Origin: Chlamydiota bacterium
GTDB lineage: Bacteria; Auribacterota; JACPWU01
Reading direction: 5' to 3'
Length of the DNA: 26,130 nt
Assembly: GCA_016196885.1 (NCBI GenBank)
Contig: JACPWU010000062.1
Location: 1 to 26,130, forward strand
Below the pieces are notes generated by a model. The model did no database searches and was not told the origin of the DNA. It worked only from the letters and a program-made list of their open reading frames with translations. Below, piece after piece: positions 12,736 through 20,554 of the stretch. A program made the position numbers and the translations under genes. Position 1 is the first letter of the stretch; each line of letters starts with the position of its first letter.

Positions 12736-13372
12736 CTTTAAGTAATTCCAGCGGCTTGTGTATCAATTTTTTTGCTCCACTTGCTATTAATTCCTCAGCA
12801 GTTCTAAATCCCCACAAGGCTCCCACAGGAAACATACCGGCTCGGGAAGCTGTCTCCATGTCAATTTTGGTGTCTCCGAGAAAAATAAAATTTTTTGCGT
12901 CCACTTTCATTTTTGAGGCGATTTGAAGAGCAGAAGAAGGATTGGGCTTTTTCGGCATTTCGTCATGGGCCCCTTGAATGACATCAAATTTCCATTTCCC
13001 TAAAAATTTTCGGACAATGAGTTTCGTGAAATCATCTGGCTTATTGGAGAGAATGGCCGTTTTGATTTTTTTTCTTTCCAATTCATCCAGCAATTCTGAA
13101 ATCCCTGGATAGGGATGCGTTTTCTCGGCCCATCGGTGATGGTATTCTTCCCTCATTTGTTTGACGGTTCTGGAAATCATATCAGATTTTCGGTGAATTT
13201 CGGGAAGGGCACTCCAGGCTAAATATTCCACACCTTCTCCCACAAAATCTTTGTAGCTTTCCGTTGGATGAAGGGGCAAGCCAAAAGATTTTAAAACCGT
13301 GTTCATCGAGTCTGCCAAATCGGCCAAGGTGTCGAGCAGTGTTCCGTCAAGATCGAAGAGAATGGCTTTCAT
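12722..13372 (-). CDS. HAD-superfamily hydrolase (phosphoglycolate phosphatase-like)
   Basis: MKAILFDLDGTLLDT (DxDxT motif I), ILSNK (motif II) and LGDTKIDMETA (motif IV-like). Confidence 0.85.
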   Translation of the reverse strand: MKAILFDLDGTLLDTLADLADSMNTVLKSFGLPLHPTESYKDFVGEGVEYLAWSALPEIHRKSDMISRTVKQMREEYHHRWAEKTHPYPGISELLDELERKKIKTAILSNKPDDFTKLIVRKFLGKWKFDVIQGAHDEMPKKPNPSSALQIASKMKVDAKNFIFLGDTKIDMETASRAGMFPVGALWGFRTAEELIASGAKKLIHKPLELLKAAEF

Positions 13373-13380
13373 ACTTAAAT

Positions 13381-13415
13381 ACAGAATACAGAAGACAGAA
13401 GTCAGAAGACAGAAA
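13381..13415 (+). repeat. heptad array ACAGAAT ACAGAAG ACAGAAG TCAGAAG ACAGAAA
   Basis: Five tandem 7-mers starting 9 nt upstream of the HAD start codon (minus strand), so they occupy the expected RBS region. Confidence 0.7.
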
Positions 13416-13483
13416 ATATGTAACCTTTTTCTCTTTTAGAACGTCTGTGTTTTTGGAAGGGCAAAAACCCCCTTCAGAAAAGG

Positions 13484-13993
13484 ATGGATCAGATGAAAAA
13501 GGGAATGATTTATGCTGGAGTTGCGGTCGCAATTTTGGCGGGAGGGCTGGGACTCTCTCATTTAAAGGCTCAAGGGCCGCCTTTGAAAGAAATCAGGGCC
13601 GCCTTTCAGGAGGAGGGGCCGGTAGGTCTTAAATTATTAATGGATATTTCAGATCTCAATATGACGGCAGATCAAAAGGTGGCGATTCGATCCATTTTGA
13701 AGAATCATTGGGCTGAGGCGAAACCCTTGCTTCAAAAAATGAATGAGTCTCGCCTTGAATTGAGAGAGGTGATTAGGAATACGCCCCATGACGAGAAGGC
13801 CATTCGGGATGGAGTTTATCGTCGGGCCCAGACAGCTGCAGATCTCGCGGTGCTGAGGGGCAAGGTGTCAGTGGAGGTCCGGTCTATTCTGACACCGGAG
13901 CAAGAGAAAAAAATCGAAGCGATTTTTCATCGCCTGGACCATCGCTTGGAAAATCTGCCGGATCAGGTTGAGGAATTCCTTAAGTCAGAGTAA
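13484..13993 (+). CDS. periplasmic Spy/CpxP-family (LTXXQ motif) protein
   Basis: Signal/anchor segment GMIYAGVAVAILAGGLGLS, LTXXQ-type motifs (MTADQ, LTPEQEKKI), and a helical, charged composition. ATG 13493 has better SD spacing (AAGGA 13479-13483) than ATG 13484. Confidence 0.7.
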   Translation: MDQMKKGMIYAGVAVAILAGGLGLSHLKAQGPPLKEIRAAFQEEGPVGLKLLMDISDLNMTADQKVAIRSILKNHWAEAKPLLQKMNESRLELREVIRNTPHDEKAIRDGVYRRAQTAADLAVLRGKVSVEVRSILTPEQEKKIEAIFHRLDHRLENLPDQVEEFLKSE

Positions 13994-14014
13994 GATGGTG
14001 GGAAAACAAAAGGA

Positions 14015-14638
14015 ATGGATGGCGTGCCCAGCTCTCTCAGTGATGAAGAATTAATTCGTGAGACTCTTGACGGAAACGATGAGGCATTTGAGGAGCTGGT
14101 GCGCCGTCATAAAACGTATGTGATGCGCGTGGTGTATCGTTATGCGCGGGACGAGCATGAAGTAGACGATTTGGCACAGCAGGCTTTTTTGAAGGCTTAT
14201 TTTTCTCTCAAGAGTTATCGAGCCAAGGCTCCTTTTCAACACTGGCTAAGCCGGATTGCAACGCATGTGGCCCTGGATCATCTGCGCTGGCGTCATCGAA
14301 AAAAAGAAGATTTTTTCAGTGAGATGACAGATGAGAATACGGAATTGTTAGAAACGATACTCACGGATGCCTCCGAAGAAAAGTTAGAGGATGATCAAAC
14401 AAAACGAGAGGCTCGAGAACTTTTAGAAAAGGTGTTGGCTAAGTTAACTTCGCAGGACGAGTGGTTGATGAGGGCTGTGGAGTTGGACAATAAAACGATC
14501 AAAGAGATTTCTGAAATGACAGGCTGGAGCATTTCAGCGGTGAAGGTGAGGCTTTTTCGGGCTCGCAAGAAGATGAGGAAGGTTTTGGAGAAGCTACTTA
14601 CTAATGTAGCGGGTCCTGTCCCTCCTCACCCCCACTGA
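14015..14638 (+). CDS. ECF-type RNA polymerase sigma-70 factor
   Basis: Region 2 (AFEELVRRHKTYVMRVVYRY...DDLAQQAFLKAY...WLSRIATHVALDHLR) and region 4 (KEISEMTGWSISAVKVRLFRARKKMRK). The last ~10 codons are encoded by a palindromic element. Confidence 0.9.
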   Translation: MDGVPSSLSDEELIRETLDGNDEAFEELVRRHKTYVMRVVYRYARDEHEVDDLAQQAFLKAYFSLKSYRAKAPFQHWLSRIATHVALDHLRWRHRKKEDFFSEMTDENTELLETILTDASEEKLEDDQTKREARELLEKVLAKLTSQDEWLMRAVELDNKTIKEISEMTGWSISAVKVRLFRARKKMRKVLEKLLTNVAGPVPPHPH

Positions 14639-14705
14639 CGGCATCGTCCCGATGGAATCGGGACTGCTGGCGCTCAGTGGGGGACCCCCAGTCGGGTCAC
14701 CCGCT
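14606..14705. repeat. ~100-nt palindromic element with a central REP-like hairpin, overlapping the sigma-factor 3' end
   Basis: Outer pairs are AGCGGGT (14608-14614)/ACCCGCT (14699-14705) and CCCCCACTGA (14629-14638)/TCAGTGGGGG (14674-14683). The central hairpin GTCCCGAT-GGA-ATCGGGAC (14646-14664) resembles core hairpin B (GCCCGATGAATCGGGC). TTTAT follows. Confidence 0.6.
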
Positions 14706-14735
14706 TTTATGTTGTAGTTGATAGGAGAAGTTAAT

Positions 14736-15047
14736 ATGAAAACAAACAAACTCGATCAATTAGAAAAAATTCTATGGAACTCAGCTCGGGATCAAAAAAT
14801 TTCCCTTCCTGAAGAAGGTTTTGAAAGAAGGGTGATGAGGCGCATTGAACAGGCGAGAAAAGAAAAGGCCCCGAGTTTTTTAGAATTGCTGGGGACCTTG
14901 TGTTGGCGCTGGATGCCGGTCGCAGCCGGTTTTCTCATCGTGTTGGGCGCATGGAACATGAACAGTGCCTCAGATGGATCCGAGTGGTGGATGCTTTTGG
15001 CAGGGAAAGATGCGTCATGGGGATGGTTAACACAGGGAGGATTCTGA
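14736..15047 (+). CDS. putative single-pass membrane anti-sigma factor
   Basis: Sits immediately after the ECF sigma gene. AGGAG at 14723-14727 precedes ATG 14736. Has a cytoplasmic charged N-terminus and one TM helix (WMPVAAGFLIVLGAW). I recognised no family motif. Confidence 0.4.
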   Translation: MKTNKLDQLEKILWNSARDQKISLPEEGFERRVMRRIEQARKEKAPSFLELLGTLCWRWMPVAAGFLIVLGAWNMNSASDGSEWWMLLAGKDASWGWLTQGGF

Positions 15048-15430
15048 TGAGTCGGGTCAAGGCTGTTTTGGGGGTTGTGCTGATTTTTTTAATGGGAGTT
15101 TTTGCAGGGGTCCTCGGGCTCTCTCTTTTTGAAAAGAAAATCATTCAAGAGGCTTTGAGAGGTTCCCCTCGGGCCACCACTCTTTTGGTTGATCGGATGT
15201 CTCGCAGGTTAGATTTAGACCCTCAAGAGAGAGAGCTCTTACGTCAAACCGTTCAAGAATCTCGTCAGAAATTGAGAGAAATTCGTCAAGAGACCCTTTC
15301 TCGTGTGGAAAAGGTCTTTCAAGAGGCAGAGGAAAAAATTCTTGCTTTCTTAAACGAAGGACAAAAGGGAAAATTTAAAAAATTAACAGAAAAGAGGAAA
15401 GCCTTTTTGAGAAAGCTTTCCCAGGAATGA
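15047..15430 (+). CDS. membrane-anchored Spy/CpxP-like periplasmic protein
   Basis: ATG 15047 overlaps the upstream TGA (TGATGA). Signal-anchor VLGVVLIFLMGVFAGVLGLSLF is followed by helical LDPQERELLRQ / LNEGQKGKFKKL repeats. The longer ORF from 14900 overlaps the previous gene and was not used. Confidence 0.55.
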   Translation: MSRVKAVLGVVLIFLMGVFAGVLGLSLFEKKIIQEALRGSPRATTLLVDRMSRRLDLDPQERELLRQTVQESRQKLREIRQETLSRVEKVFQEAEEKILAFLNEGQKGKFKKLTEKRKAFLRKLSQE

Positions 15431-15437
15431 AGTTTCT

Positions 15438-15812
15438 CTATCTCGCCATTTGTGAAATAAATTTTTCCACCACCCCTTGAATTTCAGGAATGCTGAAAGG
15501 CTTGTTGATAAAATCCTTAGCCCCCATTTTCAGGGCCTGGGCATAAATTCCCCAGTCGCCAAAGGCCGTGATGGGAACGAGCGCTGCTTGGGGGCATTTT
15601 TCTTGGGCGCATTTCATCACTTGAAGCCCGTTTACTTCGGGCATGCTGATATCTGTAAAGATGAGGTTGAAGGGGTTTTTAGAAATAAGATCGAGTGCCT
15701 CTCGACCTCGGGTACAAATCGTGATGGCTCTACCCGCGCTCGTTAAAATGGTGCGGAGAATTTCGGCCTGTTCCGGATCATCATCCACCACCAAAATCTT
15801 AAAGGGGTTCAT
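15438..15812 (-). CDS. stand-alone CheY-like response-regulator receiver protein
   Basis: 124 aa. KILVVDDD, phospho-acceptor context LIFTDISMPEVNG, and a conserved K in FINKPF. Confidence 0.9.
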   Translation of the reverse strand: MNPFKILVVDDDPEQAEILRTILTSAGRAITICTRGREALDLISKNPFNLIFTDISMPEVNGLQVMKCAQEKCPQAALVPITAFGDWGIYAQALKMGAKDFINKPFSIPEIQGVVEKFISQMAR

Positions 15813-16006
15813 GGCAACCTCCCGGGTGCTATTCTAGCATGATTTTGTTTCTTCCCAGTAAAAATTACTATGACTTAAATCATAAAGTTATTTGATAGGT
15901 AATAAATGACCTGGAAAAATGTCTTCAAAAGAGTAGAATGAGCAGACAATAAAAGCAAGTGCTTAAGTGTCTAAGTAAATGGGGAAGAACTTGTTTTCAT
16001 GGATCT

Positions 16007-17392
16007 ATGATGTCAAATACCTATCAGTTGATTGTCATCGGGGCTGGGCCTGCGGGAACTTACGGGGCCATTCGTGCTTCTCAATTGGGCATGCGGGTGG
16101 TTTTGGTTGAGAAGGCCCAAGTGGGCGGTGTTTGCTTGAATCAGGGGTGCATTCCTTCCAAGGCGCTTTTGAAATCTGCCAGACTCTTTGAAATTTTTAA
16201 TGAAGCCAAAAGTTTTGGGATTCGCTGTGAAAAAATTTCGCATGATTATTCCTTGATGTGGGAGCGTAGCCGAAAGGTGGTGGAGCGCCTTTCCAAGGGG
16301 ATGGAATTTCTCCTTAAAAAGCACAAGATTGATTTCATCAAAGGGCCTGCTCGTTTAACGGGGCCTCATCAAGTTTCAGTGGAGCCTTCCATTTCCTTTA
16401 AAGCCGACCGGATTTTGATCGCGACGGGGACGGCAGTGAAGGAAATTCCTGGTTTTAAAATAGATGGGAGAAAAATTATCTCGAGCGATCATGCCTTGGC
16501 TCAAACCGTTCTTCCCAAATCCATTTTTATTTTAGGGGGAGGCGCTGTGGGGGCTGAATTTGCTTATTTTTATCGAGCCTTGGGAGTGGATGTCACGATT
16601 TTAGAGGCGCAGGGAAGACTTTTGCCGGGTCTTGAAGTGGAATTGGGCCAAGAGTTGGAAAGGTCCTTTCGAAAAAAAGGAATGAGGGTGCTTTGCGGGA
16701 GCCGAGCGTCTCGGGCGCAAGTGGAGGGGGATGTAGTCAAGGTTTCCTATGAGGATAAAGACCGGGTAGAAAAGGAACTTTATGCTGCTCAGGTGCTCGT
16801 GGCGGTGGGCCGCCAACCTTTCATTGAAGGCTTAGGGCTCGAGGCGCTCGGGGTTCATTTTGAGAATGGATATATTAAAGTCGCAGAAAATTTTCAAACT
16901 TCCGTGCCCTCCCTTTTTGCAGTGGGGGATATCATAGGCCCCCCTCTTTTGGCCCATGCGGCATCTGAGGAGGCCAAGGTAGCGGTGGAGATGATGGCAG
17001 GGAAGAGAAGCGAGGGTCTGGATCGTACTTCTATCCCAAGCTGTGTCTACACACATCCTGAGGTTGCAAGCGTTGGCCTTTCAGAAGAGGATGCGAAAGG
17101 ACAGAATTTTTCTTTCAAAATAGGTAAATTTCCTTTTCGGGCTTTGGGTCGAGCCTTGGCAGAAGGGAGCGACGAGGGATTTGTGAAAACGGTGGTGGAT
17201 GAAAATGGACGACTTTTAGGAGCGCATGTGATCGGAGAGAATGCAACGGAGGTGATTGCGGAACTGACGCTGATTCGCACCTTGGGTTTAACCGTGGAGC
17301 AAATTTCAAAGGTGGTTCATGCCCATCCCACTTTTTCAGAAGGTGTTTTAGAGGGGCTCTTGGCGGCAGAGGGGAGGGCTTTAAATGCTTAA
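16007..17392 (+). CDS. lpdA: dihydrolipoyl dehydrogenase (E3)
   Basis: VIGAGPAGTYGA FAD motif, redox-active disulfide GGVCLNQGCIPSKALL, and C-terminal HAHPTFSE. Start moved to ATG 16007 (MMSNTYQLIVIGAG); the ORF opens at GTG 15959. Confidence 0.9.
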   Translation: MMSNTYQLIVIGAGPAGTYGAIRASQLGMRVVLVEKAQVGGVCLNQGCIPSKALLKSARLFEIFNEAKSFGIRCEKISHDYSLMWERSRKVVERLSKGMEFLLKKHKIDFIKGPARLTGPHQVSVEPSISFKADRILIATGTAVKEIPGFKIDGRKIISSDHALAQTVLPKSIFILGGGAVGAEFAYFYRALGVDVTILEAQGRLLPGLEVELGQELERSFRKKGMRVLCGSRASRAQVEGDVVKVSYEDKDRVEKELYAAQVLVAVGRQPFIEGLGLEALGVHFENGYIKVAENFQTSVPSLFAVGDIIGPPLLAHAASEEAKVAVEMMAGKRSEGLDRTSIPSCVYTHPEVASVGLSEEDAKGQNFSFKIGKFPFRALGRALAEGSDEGFVKTVVDENGRLLGAHVIGENATEVIAELTLIRTLGLTVEQISKVVHAHPTFSEGVLEGLLAAEGRALNA

Positions 17393-17473
17393 ATTGATAA
17401 TGAATAATGGACAATTGGTAATTGACAATGGATAATTGAAAATTATAAATAAATCTTTCCTTCATTATCAATT
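17392..17473. repeat. nine AATNNNN heptads closed by a 13-bp stem
   Basis: AATTGAT AATGAAT AATGGAC AATTGGT AATTGAC AATGGAT AATTGAA AATTATA AATAAAT (17392-17454). AATTGATAATGAA (17392-17404) pairs perfectly with TTCATTATCAATT (17461-17473). Fills the lpdA-lipA gap. Confidence 0.7.
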
Positions 17474-17485
17474 GTTTTAGGACCT

Positions 17486-18373
17486 ATGCTCACATCATCA
17501 CGTCTTCCACAATGGATTCGGGTTCAAGCACCGGGTGGGCAAGAGTATCTGGAGACGAGAAAGATTCTTCAGAGGCTTGCCCTTCGCACGGTTTGTCAAG
17601 AGGCTCGCTGTCCCAACATCGGAGAGTGTTTCGATCATGGGACGGCGACATTCATGATTTTGGGAGATGTATGTACACGTGCTTGCGGGTTTTGCCATGT
17701 CACCAAGGGCAAGCCCATGGCCGTGGATCTGGACGAGCCCGAGCGCTTGGCCGAGGCGACGCTTCAGCTTGGGATGAAACATGTCGTCATCACCTCGGTG
17801 GATCGAGATGATTTGTCTGACGGCGGAGCCGGTCATTTTTCAAAAGTCATTCATGCCATTAAGGCCCGCAGTCCTCAAACGGTGGTAGAGGTACTCACCC
17901 CTGATTTTAGAGGCAATCGGGAGGCACTTCAAACGGTGGTGAAGGCGCCCCTACAGGTGTTTAATCATAATTTGGAAACGGTGCCGCGGCTTTACCAGAG
18001 GGCTAGACGCGGCTCGAAATATGAACGCTCTTTGCAAGTTTTAGCTTGGGCGAAAGAAATCAATCCAAATCTTGTGACGAAATCGGGTTTGATGTTGGGC
18101 TTGGGAGAAGAAGACGAAGAACTTTTTTCTGTATTTCAAGATCTGCGAGCAGTGAATTGTGATGTCTTAACCTTGGGACAATATTTAAGGCCGAGCCTCG
18201 ATCAATTGCCTGTCGAGAGATTTGTCGGCCCTGATGAGTTTAAGGTGCTTGCCGAAAAGGCAAGGCGCTTAGGTTTTAGACATGTAGAGGCCGGGCCCCT
18301 GGTGCGCAGTTCTTACCATGCGTGGAAACATTCAGAAACTGTACTTCGTACTTCGGACATCGTAGATCGTTAA
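17486..18373 (+). CDS. lipA: lipoyl synthase
   Basis: CEEARCPNIGECF auxiliary cluster motif and the radical-SAM motif CTRACGFCHV. The last ~10 codons lie in a heptad array. Confidence 0.95.
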   Translation: MLTSSRLPQWIRVQAPGGQEYLETRKILQRLALRTVCQEARCPNIGECFDHGTATFMILGDVCTRACGFCHVTKGKPMAVDLDEPERLAEATLQLGMKHVVITSVDRDDLSDGGAGHFSKVIHAIKARSPQTVVEVLTPDFRGNREALQTVVKAPLQVFNHNLETVPRLYQRARRGSKYERSLQVLAWAKEINPNLVTKSGLMLGLGEEDEELFSVFQDLRAVNCDVLTLGQYLRPSLDQLPVERFVGPDEFKVLAEKARRLGFRHVEAGPLVRSSYHAWKHSETVLRTSDIVDR

Positions 18374-18437
18374 GAAAACCGGTTCGATCTTCTGTTTTTT
18401 CCTAGTTGATGTTCGAAGTTCGATGTACGATGTTCGT
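18341..18437. repeat. ACGAAGT-family heptad inverted repeat downstream of lipA
   Basis: Left arm GTACTTC GTACTTC GGACATC GTAGATC GT (18341-18370, containing the lipA stop). Right arm GATGTTC GAAGTTC GATGTAC GATGTTC GT (18408-18437). The arms are imperfectly complementary. Confidence 0.6.
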
Positions 18438-18460
18438 TAAGCTAAGAGAGGAACTGAGAA

Positions 18461-19861
18461 ATGTTGTACCGCATAGAAAAAGATGCCTTGGGAGAAAAGA
18501 AAGTTCCAGCCGACGCGTATTACGGGGTTCAGACCGAGAGGGCCATTGAAAATTTTCCCATCAGTGGGATCAAGGCTCATCCTGAATTTATCCGGGCAAC
18601 CGTTCATGTTAAAAGGGCTGCAGCCCGTGTCCATCAGGATTTGAAACTTTTAGAAAGCCGTTTGGCCAAGGCGATCATTTCTGCCTCTGATGAAATTCTT
18701 TCGGGCCAATTCATGGATCAATTTGTTGTGGACATTTATCAGGCCGGTGCAGGCACTTCACATAACATGAATACCAATGAGGTGATTGCCAACCGGGCCA
18801 ACGAAATTTTGGGCGAGAAAAAGGGGTCGTATCAGCCCCTTCATCCGAACGATCACGTAAACATGGCCCAATCTACCAATGATGTGATTCCGACGGCCAT
18901 TCGCATTGCAGCCCTGGGGCTTGTTCAGGAGTTAATCCCCACTTTGGGAACGTTGGCCCAATCGTTTCAAAAGAAGGCAAAGGAGTTCGACCACATTATC
19001 AAGTCCGGGCGGACGCATTTACAAGATGCAGTGCCTATTCGCTTGGGCCAGGAATTTGGCGCTTATGCAGTGAATATCTTGACGCATCAAAATTTAATCC
19101 GAGAGGCCTCAGAACTTTTGAAGAATTTGGGACTGGGGGGAAGCGCGGTGGGAACGGGGCTTAACACCCATCCAGAGTATCGGGTCAGGGTCGCAAAGGC
19201 GCTTTCGGAACAAACAAAACTTCCCTTCAAACCGGCCAAAAATTATTTTGAGACCATGCAAAGTTTGGCTCCCTTCACAAATCTCTCGAGCGCCTTGAGA
19301 AATTTTGCGCTCGACATGATTCGCATTGCGAATGATTTGAGGCTCATGACCTCAGGCCCTCGGGTCGGCTTCGGTGAAATTGTTTTACCCCCTGTTCAAC
19401 CCGGTTCTTCCATCATGCCTGGCAAGGTGAATCCCGTCATGGCTGAAATGTTAAACATGCTCATGTTTCAGGTGATTGGAAATGACACCGCCATCATGAT
19501 GGCCAGTCAGGCGGGACAACTAGAACTCAATGTGATGATGCCCCTCGTCGCTTATCTTCTGCCCCAAACGCTTGAGATTTTGAAAAATTCTCTCCAAGTG
19601 TTCTCTGAAAAATGTGTGCTCGGACTGGAGGCTGACAAAGAAAGATGTCGGCATTACGCTGAATTAACCCCTTCTATTATTACGGCTCTTAGTCCTTTTA
19701 TCGGCTATTCGAAATCGGCCGAGCTCTTTAAAGAATCTTTGAAGAGAAAAGTGGGCGTTCGAGAGCTGGTCATTGAAAAAGGACTGATGACGCGGGAGAA
19801 ATTAGAGAAGGTCTTGGACTTGAAAAAGCTAACAGAGCCTGGAATTCCAGGAAAGGCCTAA
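18461..19861 (+). CDS. aspA: aspartate ammonia-lyase / class II fumarase family lyase (more AspA-like)
   Basis: DAYYGVQTERAIENFPISG, GAGTSHNMNTNEVIANRA and the signature GSSIMPGKVNP. The N-terminal third resembles AspA more than FumC. Assignment within the family is tentative. Confidence 0.75.
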   Translation: MLYRIEKDALGEKKVPADAYYGVQTERAIENFPISGIKAHPEFIRATVHVKRAAARVHQDLKLLESRLAKAIISASDEILSGQFMDQFVVDIYQAGAGTSHNMNTNEVIANRANEILGEKKGSYQPLHPNDHVNMAQSTNDVIPTAIRIAALGLVQELIPTLGTLAQSFQKKAKEFDHIIKSGRTHLQDAVPIRLGQEFGAYAVNILTHQNLIREASELLKNLGLGGSAVGTGLNTHPEYRVRVAKALSEQTKLPFKPAKNYFETMQSLAPFTNLSSALRNFALDMIRIANDLRLMTSGPRVGFGEIVLPPVQPGSSIMPGKVNPVMAEMLNMLMFQVIGNDTAIMMASQAGQLELNVMMPLVAYLLPQTLEILKNSLQVFSEKCVLGLEADKERCRHYAELTPSIITALSPFIGYSKSAELFKESLKRKVGVRELVIEKGLMTREKLEKVLDLKKLTEPGIPGKA

Positions 19862-20060
19862 ATGTTCAAAAAAGAACAATTATGAAAATTTGAACAAGTT
19901 CGTTTAGGGTTTTTCCAAGTTCTTTAACCATCCTTTTATTTTTTAAGATTTTTTAATTCTATAACTCATTCTTAAACAAGTTCTTATCATTTTATTCTCC
20001 TCTATCTGGCTCTTGGCATGTTTGATGCTCTCTTAGTGTTGTCGCAAAGAGGATAAAATT

Positions 20061-20279
20061 ATGAAAACGATGAAGATTTTAATGTTCATGGCAATGGTTC
20101 TTTCAGGGACAGCATTTGCTCAGGAGTCCACTTCTGATTTTGCCCAGGCATTGAAAAACAATCTTCCGGCCTTTGGGCGGCAAATTTACCGTCACGAAAT
20201 TGCTTCGGAATCTCTTCTGAAACCTAGTTTTCAGACTTCGGGTCAGGACATCGTTGTTAAGGCGAAAAAAGATCATTAA
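20061..20279 (+). CDS. small secreted hypothetical protein
   Basis: 72 aa. AGAGGA lies upstream of the ATG. Has a clear signal peptide MKTMKILMFMAMVLSGTAFA-QE and is followed by a terminator-like hairpin. Confidence 0.5.
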   Translation: MKTMKILMFMAMVLSGTAFAQESTSDFAQALKNNLPAFGRQIYRHEIASESLLKPSFQTSGQDIVVKAKKDH

Positions 20280-20313
20280 AAAAAGGGGTAGGGTGTTTTC
20301 TTCACTAGTAGAA

Positions 20314-20344
20314 AGGTCCTCAGGTGGGGGCCTTTTTGCTTTTT
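20314..20344 (+). terminator. intrinsic terminator candidate
   Basis: AGGTCCTC (20314-20321), loop AGGT, GGGGGCCT (20326-20333): 8 bp including two G-U pairs. Followed by TTTTTGCTTTTT. Confidence 0.55.
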
Positions 20345-20554
20345 AGTAGGCTGCTGAAAAAGGCCCATCTGACAATGCCTCCCACTTCGCTCCCTTGTGC
20401 GGCGTACCCTAGCCTGGATTTCTCATCACGAGCTCAAAATGCATACAGCTTGTCATCCCCGAGTGTTTTAATCGGGGATCCAAAAACACCTAAAACTCTG
20501 GATTCCCGCTTACCCCACAGGGGCTATTTCGTTGAAACCTGCGGGAATGTCTAT

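Noticed and set aside
14900-15046. N-terminal extension of the 15047-15430 gene back to 14900
   Set aside because: The extension overlaps the preceding ORF in another frame for about 150 nt. ATG 15047 gives a TGATGA coupling and a protein that starts with a clean signal-anchor.
20474-20510. tmRNA/tRNA-like start (GGGGATCC...CTGGATTCCCGC resembles the GGGG...CUGGAUUCGAC of tmRNA)
   Set aside because: There is no T-arm (GGTTCGANTCC), no acceptor pairing with a CCA-type 3' end, and no tag reading frame. I recognised no tRNA-like sequence anywhere in the window.
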